Assembly: GCA_043228905.1 (NCBI GenBank)
Contig: JBHGNT010000007.1
Location: 11,966,001-12,030,000 of the forward strand
Length of the DNA stretch: 64,000 nt
DNA from: Azolla caroliniana
Taxonomy: Eukaryota; Plantae; Polypodiophyta
Reading direction: 5' to 3'
Position 1 is the stretch's first letter. Each line of letters begins with the position of its first letter. The notes beneath the pieces are model-generated. The model saw only the letters and a list, made by a program, of their open reading frames with translations. It had not been told where the DNA came from and did not search any database. Positions 13,563-26,968 of this stretch are shown here, one piece after another. The position numbers and the translations under genes are program-made.

Positions 13563-14350
13563 TCGGTGAGGACCGTGCAGGGTTGCTCACATCCATTGGT
13601 GTTTGTGTCTCCGGTGAGGACCACACATGGTCGGTCATGCCCTTTGGTGTTCGCATCTCCGGTGAGGACCGTACATGGTCTCTCACGCTCGTTGGTGTTT
13701 CAGTTCTCGGTGAGGACCGCACATGGTCGCTCACATCCATTGGTGTTCGTGTCTCCGGTGAGGATTGCACATGGTTGCTCACGCCCATTGGTGTTCTAGT
13801 TCCCGGTGAGGACCGCACATGGTTGCTCCTTTCCATTAGTGTTCGTGTCTTCGGTGAGGACCATACATGGTCTCTCATGCCCGTTGGTGTTCGTGTCTCC
13901 GGTGAGGACCGCACATCGTCGCTCACACTCGTTGGTGTTCGTGTCTCCGGTGAGGACCGCACATCGTCGCTCACGTCCGTTGGTGTTCCAATTCCCGGTG
14001 AGGATTGCACATGGTCGCTCACGCCAATTGGTGTTGTTCTCTTTGGTGAGAACCGCACATGGTTGTTCACTCATGTTGGTGTTCCTATCTCCGGTGAGGC
14101 CCGTACATGGTCGCTCACACTCACGTTGGTGTTCTAGTCTCCGGTGAGGACTGCACATGGTCGCTCACACTCATGTTGGTGGCCCAGTTTCTAGTGAGGA
14201 CCAGACATGGTCGCTCACACTCACGTTGGTGTTCCATTCTCCGGTGAGGACCGAACATGGTTTCTCACGCTCACATTGGTGTCCAGTCTCCGGTGACGAC
14301 CACACATGGTTGCTTGTGTTCACCCGTGCTCCTATTTCTGGTGAGGACTG
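13563..14350. repeat. 48-bp tandem repeat (about 16 copies) inside the non-autonomous element
   Basis: Unit approximately CCGGTGAGGACCGCACATGGTCGCTCACGCCCGTTGGTGTTCGTGTCT; period 48 (13611 to 13659). Confidence 0.92.
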
Positions 14351-14989
14351 CTCATAGTCACTCACATCTCAACATACTTTGGTTTTCCCTTTCGGCTCAC
14401 CCCTACACCACACATTCGAAAAGGTGGCCGTAAAGAGGGGGATAATGTCACAGACATGACAGAAAGATTTGAACTCTTGTATATAGTCAATTGTTGTGTT
14501 CTAACCAACACACCCAAATATATGGTCATGTTATGTATATCTTAGTACATTATTAGTAGATTATCTATTTCAAGTTCTAGGAGTTTTTAGAAAGTTCTAG
14601 AATGAGAAGGTTCTAGAGGGTTCTAGAATATTCTCCGGAATATTCTAATGCATGTACTTCGAATCACAGTATAAATACTTGTAACCTCCTTGGTCCCTTT
14701 CAAGGGATTCAACGCCAGTCATTGACACATCAATATAGTGTTCTCGTTTCGCCCCATCTTGTCTCCTTGTGTTTTATCTCTTTCTTCCTCGTCACTTCTA
14801 GCTCCAAGTTCACAACCCGTTGCTCATAGTCCCATCATCCATGCTCTGTCCTAGTTTGCGCTTGGTGTGTCCGTGACACCATCAATATAATATTCTTCTT
14901 ATTCTTCTTCTTCTTGTTTATCTTCTTCTCGAGTGTACAAATTTCTGATCTTCTCAAATGTAACATTGTTTCCTCAAATCTTACATTCA

Positions 14990-15583
14990 CATCGAGGAGC
15001 GTAGAATTGTATGGGTTGCGGAAGGAGGAATTAGACCGGACGAGGAGCGCGAGTGAGGCGGGAGGATGCCCGAAGGAGCCGGACGAAAGAACCGGTTGCC
15101 CCAGACACTAACACCACGATTTGACCTCAAGTTGAGCTTGAGGGGGAGTGTTGAGCAAGCAAGCAAAACCGGATCCGGATTGGCTGGATAAGCCAAAGAC
15201 AGATCGGTGTCTGGATAGTATCTGGAACCAAGAGCCGGATCGGAGAGCCGGACCCACGTGTTTACCATTAGGCCGTTTAGAGGTCTTAGCTTCTAGACTA
15301 CTAGGTAGTCATGATCCTCGTAATTAGTTTCAGCCACTTGTATGAGCATTGAAGTACATAGTACTTTTGTCTTTCCCTTGTGGACTTGTATAAAAAGTGC
15401 TCACTAAGCACATTCTATGTACATAGTGTTGTTCTTGTGAATTGAGTTTTATGCTTTTTGCTCTCTCTTTCTCTCCTATGTATTCTCTGCTCTTAAGCTT
15501 CCATTAAACCTTCCTTCTCTAGTTTATTGTTGTAATCCGGTAGAGACGGTTTGTCTACAAGCTTCCACATGCTATTCTTTTCA
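14990..15583 (+). mobile_element. Copia 3' tail, PPT and LTR (15149-15583)
   Basis: GTTGAGCTTGAGGGGGAG followed by TGTTGAG. The LTR resembles the family B/D LTRs. Confidence 0.78.
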
Positions 15584-17100
15584 CCAAGAATGTGTCTTGC
15601 TGGACCGAGGTCCTTCATGGTAAACTTCAACCGCAATTGCTGAACGAGTTCGGCAAGCTCTCCGGCTTGCTAACTGGAGATTAGCATGTTGTACACGTAG
15701 ATAATGAGCAAGATTGGTGACCCATCTCGAGCTGTTTTCATGAAGAGACAGTGGTCCTCATTAATCTTTGAGAAGTTGACCGACTAAATGAAGTCATCGA
15801 ACTTCTTATACCATTGTCGCGGTGCTTGTTTCAAGCCGTATAGACTCTTCCTGAGTCAGCAGACTAGATGTTCTTGGCTGGGTGCCACAAAGCCTTTCTG
15901 CTACTCCATATAAATTTCCTCCTCTAGATCACCATGGAGGTATGCCGTTTTGACATCTAGCTAAATCAGCTCCACGTCCTCGGTTACCACAACGCTGAGC
16001 ATGAATCTAAGGGTTGTCATTTTCACCACTACTGAAAAGATTTCGTCAAAATCTACACTATATTGTTGTTGAAAACCCTTAACTACTAGTCTAGCCTTGA
16101 ATTTTGGCGGGCCGAATCAGACGTTTCTTTGACTCGATAGACCTACTTGCACGAAAGAGAACGTCGATTCTTCGGGAGTGCGACCAAGTTCCAAGTTTGG
16201 TTTGCTCGGATGGAGTTCATCTCAGACTCCATTGCCAGATGCCAGGTGGCCAAATCGGTAGATGCCGATGCTTCTTCATATGATGTCGGTTCTCCGGCAT
16301 CCGTAAAGAAGATTCTAGGAGAGTATCTCTTGGGGGGTTACGACAGTCTCTCGGATCTTCGAGGTATGGTTGGACTAGTCGCATCGGGTGTCGAAGTCGA
16401 ATAATCTAGAGCCGAACCATTCAGTTGTTCCGAGTCAAGCGTTGTCGAGTGAGGGCTGGAGGATTCGGCTAACAGTGAAGCCGATCTCGTGTTATGGGTT
16501 GGGGCTTCATGAAGGGTCGCCACTTCGGAAGAAGTTACCCTTCGGACTTCAATAAGACTTTCGGCCGTCTTATGCATAGCCGACTCATTGAACACTAAGT
16601 CCAAACTTCGAAAAATTTGTATGTGCTTGGGGTCCCAGAGTCGGTATCCGATTTCGTCATCTAATCCATAACCTAGGAAAATACATTTCCTAGACCTTGG
16701 TGCAAGTTTGCGGCGATCATCTTTCGGTATGAGGGCATATGCCTCGCACCCAAAGATCCTTAGCTTGTCGTAATTCGGTTTAATTCCTAAGGTATCTAAG
16801 TCCTAGAAGCCTACTCGGTGACATATTGATAATGTGTACTGTCGTAAGTAGGACCTCCACCCAGAAGCCATCTGACAGTCCGGACTGTTGGACCATGGAA
16901 ACTATCGTTTCTTGAATTGTCCGATTCATCCTCTCGACAATTCCGTTTTGCTCCGGACGATAGGGTGTCGTATATTCACGTCGAATGCTGCGTTGTCGGC
17001 AAAATTTGACAAATTCTTCAGATTTGAACTCTCCTCCATTATCGATCCAAAGACATTTGAGTTTTCAGCCAGACTGGTGTTGAAATTGAACCTTCTCATA
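15584..17100 (-). mobile_element. Degenerate Copia integrase-RT fragment of a different (Tnt1/Tork-like) family
   Basis: Minus-strand motifs QNGIVERMNR, KCIFLGYG, HGDLEEEIYME and SLYGLKQAPRQWYKKF, with many stops. Confidence 0.78.
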
Positions 17101-17104
17101 TTGA

Positions 17105-19663
17105 AAAGGTTAAACTTTGGCCCATTCCTCGTAATATTTGTGAACTGCGATCATTCTCAGGGAAAATCCAAAAATCAATTTGTAACTATTCGAAATTGAC
17201 TACGCCATTAATTGACCTTTTAAAAGGTCATCCACGTAAGTCTGTCAAACCAATTGCATGGAATGAACAACTTGACAAATCATTTGAGACACTTAAAGAG
17301 CATGTGTGTCTGGCTCTCACTCTTCTATTACCGGACCCTTCTAAGCCTTTCTCAATCGAAACCGATGCTAATGATTATGCTATTGGTGCCGTTCTTTATC
17401 AAGGCGGTCACCCTATTTCTTTTGAAAGTAAGAAGCTTGATGTTGCTCAATCTCGGTATTCAGTTCAAGAGAAAGAATTGTTTGCGGTAATACATGCACT
17501 TAAAACATGGAGGCACTATCTCTATGGAAATAAATTTGTGGTTACAATAGACCATCAATCATTGAAGTATTTTTGTGACCAGCCAGATCTTGTTGGTCGT
17601 TAAGGCCGTTGGGATGACCTTATGCAAGATTTTGATTTTTCCATACGGTATCGCAAGGGTTCTATGAACATTGTTGCGGATGCTCTTAGTTGCATTAAAG
17701 AAGTTAACATGCTAAGCTTCATGGAAATAAAATCTGATCTTTTAGATCACCTTCGAGGGAAATACCTTCATGACAGTTATTTTTCGAAATACTAGACGAA
17801 AGCCGAATCTGGTTTAGATGCCAATACTAGCACCCTACCCTCGAAGGCGACCTTTCACATTACAAACGGTTTGCTCTACCGTATTGGAAAGGTCTATGTT
17901 CCAGATTTACCAAACGTAAAATAGAAAATTCTTCATGAATGTCATGATGCACCATCTGTTGGTCATCCTGGAATACAACGCACACTCATTCTCATCTCGA
18001 GTACTTTTTTTTGGCCTAAGATGCACTCTAACGTGCATAAATACGTAACTCAATGCTTCCAATGTCAGATTAATAAGTCAGAACGACTTAAAGTTGTTGG
18101 TCTTTTACATCCCTTAGATATTCCCAACAACAAATGGGAAAGTATCTCGATGGATTTTATTGTTAGTTTACCTCGTACACAGAGGGGTCATGATGCCATT
18201 TGGGTTGTCATTGACAGAATAACAAAATTGGCCAGATTTATTCCTATGAAAACCGCTCAAAATTGGCTTATCAATTTGTTGATGAGTTATTTCTCTTTTA
18301 TGGATTACTGATGGATATTGTTAGGATCGAGATTCCAAGTTTACTAGTGACTTTTGGCCTCAGGTCTTTAAGAAACTAGAAACTACGTTGAGCATGAGTT
18401 CCGCAGATCATCCTCAGTTTGATGGACAAACTGAACTAGTTAATCAAATTATTGAGGACATGCTTTGAGCTTATGTAGCAAAAACCCCTTCTAAGTGGGA
18501 GCAATACCTTCCTATCTTAGAATTTGCCTATAATAGCTGTAAACATACATCCATTGGATATAGTCCTTTTATGTTGATGTATGGTTTTCAGCCACGTGCC
18601 CTAGTTGATGTCACGATTCATCGTGATACATTAGACAGTACACACAATTTTTTGCAAGACATGAACCAAATGTTGCATATTGCCAAAGAGAATGTCAACA
18701 CGGCTCAAGATCGTGCTCAATTTTATGCTGATCAGGATAGACGTCCTCGTGCATCTACTATTGGTCAAAAAGTTTGTTTGCATGTCCCTACTGACTCTAC
18801 GGGCAAGTGCGCTAAGTTAGCCCCACGATATTGTGGCCCATTTGAAATCCTTAAGCGGGTTGGGTCATCTACTTATCACCTTGCCTTACCCCGTAACGTT
18901 GGTATTCATCTTGTTTTTCACGTCAATCGTCTAAAACCATTTTTAAGCTCTGGTAATAACACCATGACAATCCAAGATCTTGTAACATTAGAGGATTTTT
19001 CTTACAAACCTCATGTTCCTGAACGAATTCTTGACTCTCACGTTTACGTTCTAAAGAGATTCGGCTATTCAAGATCAAATGGATGGATAAACTTATTGAT
19101 GATGCCACATGGAAACGCGAGCATACTCTTAAGCCGCAATTTCCTCACTTTATATTGCAAGAGTGCAATCTTCTGAAGTAGGGGGGAGTATGTTATGTGC
19201 ACATAATGCTGGTGAGGGTAGGTCACCAATATTTACATTAGTGAAGGGTATGTTCCCTAATGTTAAAAAGGGGACTAATGATTGGATAGAAGGAGTGATA
19301 GGTGCATGCACTATCATGATTTGGACAACCAATGAATGGAGAGCCTTTTAGAAAGGCACATCTATTCAAGGGGACTAGGAAAAGGTATAAATATGAGGCT
19401 TAGCTACCCTCATAATCACATTACGTCAGAAGGCTGTTGTCTTAGACACCGGTGGTGTGGGCTAGGCTTTCGTCTCGATCATCGTGTTTATCTCTTCCAA
19501 GGTATTAGTCATCCTAATATCCGGCGGTATGGGACATCGGTGGTAGGTTGGCTATGTCTAGATCATAGCTCGGGGGTGGTCGGGTGGAACAGGTTCTTCT
19601 ATCCATTCTATTTTCCTTCTTTTACTTTAGTTTGGTCTATTGATTTGTAATAGACTCTTAACA
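17105..19663 (+). mobile_element. Ty3/Gypsy chromovirus 3' half (RNase H, integrase, chromodomain-like end, PPT, 3' LTR 19191-19663)
   Basis: ETDANDYAIGAVL, WRHYLYG, KWESISMDFI, KLAPRYCGPF and PERILDS. PPT AGGGGGGAGTA then TGTTA...TAACA. Confidence 0.88.
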
Positions 19664-20268
19664 GTGTTGAGGATAAACATCCTCCCTTCACGGCGCCCTT
19701 GCGCAATAACTTTGCCTTCCTCTTTGATGTAGCACCCGAGGTGTGTGAATCGAACTTGCAACCCCTGGTCAACGATCTGTTCGACCGACACCAGGTTCTT
19801 GGTTATTGCCGGGATGTGCAACACGCTCATAAGTTTCCCTTTCTGCCCGACGTGGCTGAGAGGAAATTCTCTGTCTTATCGCAAGCTTTTCTGTCGGATG
19901 TAAAGGAGTCTCAACCCTCACACTCTGATACCATGTAAAAGAATACGTGTGCGGAACTGTATGCGTAAGAACACAGAGTACACGGTTCGGTAATATGAAA
20001 GTTCAGTGAAATGCAAAAATCACATAGAAAGAGAGGGAGAGGGAGAGAGAGAGAGAGAGAGCAAAAAATGTAACTATGTTCAAAATAATTCTCAGTATGT
20101 TCTCTCTGTGTATACTTCAAAAATTATTCCGTTCAAGGAATAACACTCTAACGGCCTCTCAGTTTAAACACCGCCACAACCATATTTTGCGTACGGTTTT
20201 ACGCACCCAGTCTACGCACTGGGTTACGTACCCGTTTACGCACCCAATGTTGAGCTTGTCTCTCAACA
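19664..20268 (-). mobile_element. Internally deleted Copia: 5' LTR 19934-20268, tRNA-iMet PBS and a short PR/IN fragment
   Basis: PBS TGGTATCAGAGT (19922-19933, minus). The leader is fused directly to VLHIPAITKNLVSV. Confidence 0.75.
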
Positions 20269-21097
20269 AATATGTAACTCTGTTGAGAATCAAGCTCAAC
20301 ATAGCACAACGTATGAACACACCTTTTGAGAATCTATGATTACTCAAAGGTCAAGAGTCACACCACTACTCTCTACACATTAACTATGTGTCATAGAATC
20401 ATATTCTATGACACAACTAATGAGTTGCATATTCCCCATGGCTATGAGTGTTCACATTCCCCAAGAGAGAGAGAGAGTGGTTGTTGTAAGTTAATGAAGA
20501 GAGAGGGTGACTCTATATAAAGCACCCTCCTCATACTTCATTAAGTCGGTTGTGACTCCTTATTATGCTACATTTTGTAATTCTTATTCTACTTGTGAAA
20601 TATACACCATCTTCTTGAGTATTCCTTTCTCTATCTATCTTGTGTTCTTTCATCTCTCCTCTAATTCCTCTCACACATACACATAACACACATCTCTTCT
20701 GTTACACAAGAATCACCATCGATTCTTTACATGGTATCAAAGCGATTTGGTAGCTCAATCTAGCCCACTCGCCTCATCGTGATCGTGTGTTGTGCTCTAT
20801 GCCAACGTTACAGAAAAACCGGCTCATCATTATCGTAGTACCACTACATAGCTCGTGTTCGAGAGAGAAGGAAAAGAAGAAAGGAAGCTTAATCGACAAT
20901 GAATACTCAAATAGGGAGCGTTCTCCCTAGCGAGAAGTTGGACCGAAACAACTTCGCATCTTGGGAATACAAGATGCACCAATACCTTGTCGGCCAAGGC
21001 TATTGGGGTTACATCAAGGGAGCACAAGAAAAACGACCCAACCCGGAAGACGCTGACTATGCAACATGGGAGCAAGCAGCAAGCCGAGTGATGTATT

Positions 21098-24000
21098 TGT
21101 AAAAACAAATAGCATGCGGAAGCAATAGGAAACCGAACACAGAAACACAGGTTTAAAGGAGAGCTTGACAGTACGCGGGAGAGACAGAGAAGGAGCAGAA
21201 TAAGTTTGATCCATTTCAAAACAATAATAGTTCTCTCTACATGAAACGTGCTCAACAACACTATTTATACAAGTTCTAAGAGGACTGACAGAAGTACCAC
21301 GTACTTCAATGCTCACTTGAGCGTCTGACACTAACTACGAGACTATTAACTACCTAGTAGTCTAGGCTACTAATAGACTTCCGATTATTGTTTGGTCTAG
21401 CTAACCGGCTCCCCAGCTCACCGGTTCAATTGCTCGCCGGCTCACCGATCCGGCTTCATCCTTCCGGATGTCGATCCGGCTCAGGCTTATTTAGCCGATC
21501 CAGATCCGGTTGAGCTTGCCGCACAACACTCCCCCTCAAGCTCAACTTAAGGTCGGATCATAGTGTCAGTCTCCATGGCCGCCGGTCCTTCCACCCGGCT
21601 CCTTCGAGCATCACTCCACCTCGATCGCGCTCCTCGTCCGGTCCGGTTCCGTTTGATGCGACCCTTCTGATTTTGCGCACCTCGACCTCCTCGATCGGCT
21701 TGTTTGCTCAACGGGCCCAATTAAACTCCCTTGCTGCTGTGACTTCGGCTCTTGTCAACCCGTTGGTTCCTTCATGTTGGCGTCAACTTCCGCCACCTTC
21801 TCGTCCGCTTGGCCTTCAGTTGATCCGGTTCTTCCAAATCCGTCTGTTGAACCGAATCGACTGTCTCCGATTTGTTCCAGCTCTTGTCCGAATCGGTCGC
21901 TCCTGATTCGTCTTTCGATTCCAGGCCCTTCACCACTCTGCATCCGCTGCCGCGAGTTCCGACTTTTTCAGATGTGTCCACTTCCTTTGTCGACTCGGTT
22001 CCTTTCTTCTTCTTGTCTCCCCCTTTGTTGGTTCTTCCCTCACCGGCCCAATCAGCAGTTTCTTTGCCTTTGCCCGTTCCAGTGTCTTTGCTCGTTCTTC
22101 CCCTCAAGTGTGGCATGTCGAGATGCTGAAAACCAAGCATTTCAGTGAAGTGCTGCAACTTGTCCAATCCGAGCGGTTTGGTGAAGATGTCGGCAACCTT
22201 CCGATCCGTATGAACATACCGAAATTCGACTTCACCGCTCAGGACACGCTCATGCACGAAGTGGTAGTGCACTTCTATGTGGTTTGTGCGAGCATGAAAT
22301 ACGAGGTTCTTGGTGAGCTGCATGCTGCTTATGTTGTCGCCGTAGATCAGGATCTGGGTCGGCACTTCGATCCGCAGGTCTTGCGGTAGTCGCCGTAGCC
22401 AAATGGCTTCACAGGTGGCAATGATAGCGCCCCGGTACTCAACCTCAGTGCTCGAAAGGGCCACTGTTGGCTGCTTTTTGTTGTTCCATGCAACAACCGC
22501 GCTACCAAGGGAAAACATATAGTTGGAGGTGGATCGGCGATACGATGCATCGCCGGCCCAGTGGGCATCGGTGTAGCCGACGAGCTCTTCGGTTCTACCA
22601 TGCCAGTATAACAGTCCCCGTTCGTTCGTGCCGCTCTCATATCACAAAATTTGATGCGTGCATAGAAGGTGCTCCACAGTCAGCTTCTGCATATATTGGC
22701 TAATCACGCCGACCAGATAACTGATGTTGGGTCGGGTGATTGTCAACTATTTAAGGCTTCCGACGATTTTCGGAACCGCTTCTCATCGCAGGCCGGTCCG
22801 GAGTCGGGGTAGCGCTTCTTGTTCTGGTCCAGGGGTGTGGAGATCGGTCGGCATTACGTCATGCCGAACTTGTACAGCATATTCAACACATAGTGTCTTT
22901 GTGAGAGCAATATGCCGTCGGGGGTTCAGATCACCTCGATCCCAAGGAAATAGTGAAGGTCCCTCAGGTCCTTCATCTCAAATGTGTCCGACAACTGGGA
23001 CTTGACTCGGCTGATTTCATCTAGTCTGGGTCCGGTGATGACTAGATCATCAACATACAACAAGATGCAAACCGGACCGTCCGGAACTTGCCGGATGAAC
23101 AACGAAGAGTCAAACTTGGAGGCTGCAAACCCCATCTTACGCAACTGGTGCGTGATCTTTGCATTCCAAGCTTGGGGAGCTTGCTTCAGCCCATAGAGTG
23201 ACTTCTTCAGTCGGCATACCACCGACTTGTTCATCTCCGTCTAGAAACCGGGGGGTTGGGTCATAAAGACCTCTTCTTCAAGATCGCCTTGAAGAAATGC
23301 ATTCTTTACGTCCATCTGGTGAAGATGCGACCCCCTTGCCGCACCAACTGCCAGTACCACACGAACTGTCGTCATCTTCGCTACCGGAGCAAAGGTCTCA
23401 TCGTAGTCAATTCCGTGGGTCTGCGAGTATCCCTTTGCCACTAACTGGGCCTTGTACCGGTTAACCGAACTATCGGCATTGTACTTTACCTTGTACACCC
23501 ACTTACATCCGATCGGTTTATAGTGTCGGGGAGAGTCAACGAGGTTCCATGTGTCGCTAGCATCAAGTGCCCGCATTTCTTCCTCCATAGCGGCACGCCA
23601 ATTTGCGACCTTTGCCGCTTCTGCGTAGCTCCCCGGCTCACGCAATTCCGCCAGCTTGGTCATGTACGCATAGTGATGCGCCATGTACTCATTGTACCCG
23701 TACCGCTTCACGGTGTTCTTCTTGCGGGAAGACCGGTGTAACTTATCGTCGTTACCTAGTTTGAGGCCCTTCTTGGCCGGTTCGGACTTCATTCTCAACG
23801 ATCCATCGTCATCCTTTCCGTAGTCGGATTTGCTTTGATTTGACTCAACGTTGCCGGTTTCGTATTCTGACATCTTCTTCTTCCCCATCTCTTTGCGCGT
23901 GAACCGTCTCCTCAGTTCCTTGCGCGGGGAGAGCACGGCAGAGTCTCCATTACTCGCCAGTTCCTCATCTGACTGGTCATCCCGACTCAGCCGCTCATTC

Positions 24001-26925
24001 GGTCCACTTAACTGAAATGAGATCGGACTCTCTTCTAGAGTGTCGAGGTCTTCATCTTCTATCTGGACCGGTTCAGGCTCACTAGCCTCATCGTGTAGTA
24101 TTGGGTCGGGGTCCGAAGTCGGAGCCGGAGCCGGTAAGGCATACCATGGTGTCGTTTCATCAAACTAATCATCCCGGCTAACTCAGACCTGCTTTGTCCG
24201 GAGGTTATAACACTTATACCCCTTTTGCTCATGCGAGTAACTAACCAGGATGCATTTCTCCGACTTTGCATCCAACTTCCTCCGCTTCTCATCCGGCACA
24301 TGCACATATGCGATGCTACCAAATATCCGAAGGTCACCCAAATTTGGCTTGCGTCCGAAATACAGCACATGCGCGGATACCTTGTCGCCGATCCGGTTTT
24401 GGATGCAGACGGCTATCCGGACCGCCTCCGCCCAGTAGAAGTGGGGCATGCTCTTCTCCTCCAGCATTGCCCTCGCCGCATTGACCATCGACCAGTTCTT
24501 CCTCTCGGCCACACCGTTTTGCTCCGATGTGTATCTGTAGCTGAACTCTCTCCAAATTCCTTTTTGCTACAGATAATTGATGAATTGGCCGGAAAAATAT
24601 TATTTTCCGCCATCCGACCGCAGGCACTTGATCTTCCTTTCAGTTTCCCATTCAACCAAGCTTTGCAGGTTTCGGAAACACTCAAAGACTTCGCTCTTCT
24701 GCTCAATGAGGTAGATCCATGTGTGCCGGCTGTAGTCGTCGATGAAGGAGACGAAATACCGACTCCCGCCAAGACTAACATTCTACGTCGGTCCCCATAC
24801 ATCTGAACGAATAACGTCGAGCTTGTTACGGCTACGGTTTCGATCGGTGGGGAATGGAAGCTGATGTTGCTTCCCGAGTTGGCAAGCTTCACATATTTGA
24901 GCCTTTCGGCCACTGAACTTCGGCAAACCGAAAACAACTTGTTTCGTTTGCAGGTCTTGAAGCCTCCGATAATTGACGTGGCCGATCTGCTTGTGCCACA
25001 GGTCTATGTCCGATTCGACTTTCTGTCCTTTGGTGAACAAAGCGGTGCCTATGTCATTGGTGTCAAGGATGAACATCCTCCTGTCTCTGCACCCTAGCGC
25101 AATAATCTGGCGCTCTTCCTGGATGAAGCACCCAAGGTGTGTAAACCGCACTTGCATCCCCTGGTCAACGATCTGACCGACTGACACCAGGTTCTTTGTG
25201 ATAGTCGAAACGTGTAATACGTTCATTAGCTTCCCCCTCTGTCCGACGTGGCTCAAAGGGACTTCTCTGACATGCACGATTGGGTGAGGAGTGTCGTCTC
25301 CGGTTTCGACGACTCCCGGTTGTTCCGGTTTCTCCAAGAAGGAGAACCACTCTTTGTGGCTAGTCATGTGATTCGATGCACCAGAATCAACGTACCACAC
25401 TTCCTCTGATTTGAAAGTGGTCTTCTTCTTCGAGTTAGGCTCGTGTTTCATCACCAAGGTTGGCCCTTTACCAGCTTTCCCGGTTTTGGATCCTCCCGAT
25501 CCATCTGTATAGTGCGAGTGTTGCCGGTTCTCTCTGTTGGCCTTGCCGGATCCGGATTTATCCGAATCGGCGCGCTTCTTCCAGCACTCGCTTTCTCTGT
25601 GGCCCTTTCTACCATAGTACTAGTATTCCGTGTCGGCCTTTGCTTGCCAGCCTCCGGCGCCACCTTGACTCCCCTTGCTTGTGGAGGGTTCGGAACTACT
25701 GTCGGCACGTTCTCTATGCCTTCGGTCCTGCTCTTGTTGGCCACTACCATTGCGGTCCGACCCACCTTGTCCACCACGCCCACGGGGCCGATCTGCCTCC
25801 GTGTACAACATCTGGTTGTCGGTGGGTGCACTTGTTAACGCACCGGCGTGCTTCTCCTCTACAAGGAGCATCGACTGTAAGTCGAAAAATGATGGTGTAT
25901 TCTCCCTCATACAAACCGCCATTCGGAAAGCTCCGAACTTAGACGCTAACCCGCCAAGACAAACCTGCACCATCTTGTCCTCCTTGACGTTCACGTTGAC
26001 GGAGGCGAGTGAGTCGCAGATTTCTTTAATCTTGGTGGTGTAGGCAGCCACCAACATATCTCGTTGTCGTACATTGCTCAAATCTTGCCTGAGTTGAAGC
26101 TTCCTGGCTATAATGCTTGCGGCGAAGACCTTTTTCAGATTTGCCCAAGCTTCTTTGGGCATCTTGGCGTCTCGGATATGGCTTAGTAGCTGGTCTCTGA
26201 CACTGGACGCAAAGCAGTATATCACTTTGCTTGTTGCTTGTTCCCAAATTGGGAAGTCCTTGTGTGTCACATCAGGTGCTATGTCGTTAGATCTGTCGAC
26301 ATAGCTCCAGTAACCATGCTCAAGCAGGTACTTGTGCATCTTGTAGGACCAAGATGCGTAGTTGTTTCTGTCGAGCTTCTCCGTCGGAAGCGAGCTACCC
26401 ATCCCTCTATCCATCGGTTATACCTGTTCTTCTTGGTTGGTTTTTCTCTCAAGCTATGTCGGCTGCAGAGGTTCTCCACCCTCGCACTCTAATACCATGT
26501 AAAAAGGAATAGCATGCGGAAGCAATAGGAAACCGAACACAGGAACGCAGGTTTAATGGAGAGCTTGACAGTACGCGGGAGAGTCAAAGAAGGAGCAGAA
26601 TAAGTTTGATCCATTTCAAAACAATAATAGTTCTCTCTACATGAAACGTGCTCAACAACACTATTTATACAAGTCCTAAGAGGACTGACAGAAGTACCAC
26701 GTACTTCAATGCTCACTTGAGCGTCTGACACTAACTACGAGACTATTAACTACCTAGTAGTCTAGGCTACTACTAGACTTCCGGTTACTGTTTGTTCTAG
26801 CTCACCGGCTCAATTGCTCGCTGGCTCGCCGATCCGTCTCACCGATCCGGCTTCATCCTTCCGGATGTCGATCCGGCTCAGGCTTATTCAGCCGATCTAG
26901 ATCCGGTTGAGCTTGCCGCTCAACA
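21098..26925 (-). mobile_element. Structurally complete Copia (family B), coding region disrupted
   Basis: LTRs 21098-21528 and 26498-26925, TSD GTATT on both sides, PBS 26486-26497, PPT 21529-21548. gag ATG at 26414; PR, IN, RT and RH fragments present. Confidence 0.94.
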
Positions 26926-26968
26926 GTATTGCTTGGAGACATATGTTCACGACCACATGCTCGGGTAC

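Larger units (their letters stand above)
12452..14878 (+). mobile_element. Non-autonomous LTR element (TRIM/LARD-like) with self-complementary PBS
   Basis: LTRs 12452-12887 and 14446-14878 (TGTCAC...GTGACA). TSD CCATT/CCATC, PPT AAAGAGGGGGATAA at 14432-14445, no TE coding domains inside. Confidence 0.88.

Noticed and set aside
13563-14350. CRISPR-like array or repeat-protein gene
   Set aside because: Units are contiguous with no unique spacers and the context is eukaryotic. The ORFs arise from the 48-bp period.
19527-19610. Cassandra-type 5S rRNA segment in the LTR or satellite
   Set aside because: No resemblance to 5S rRNA A/C boxes.
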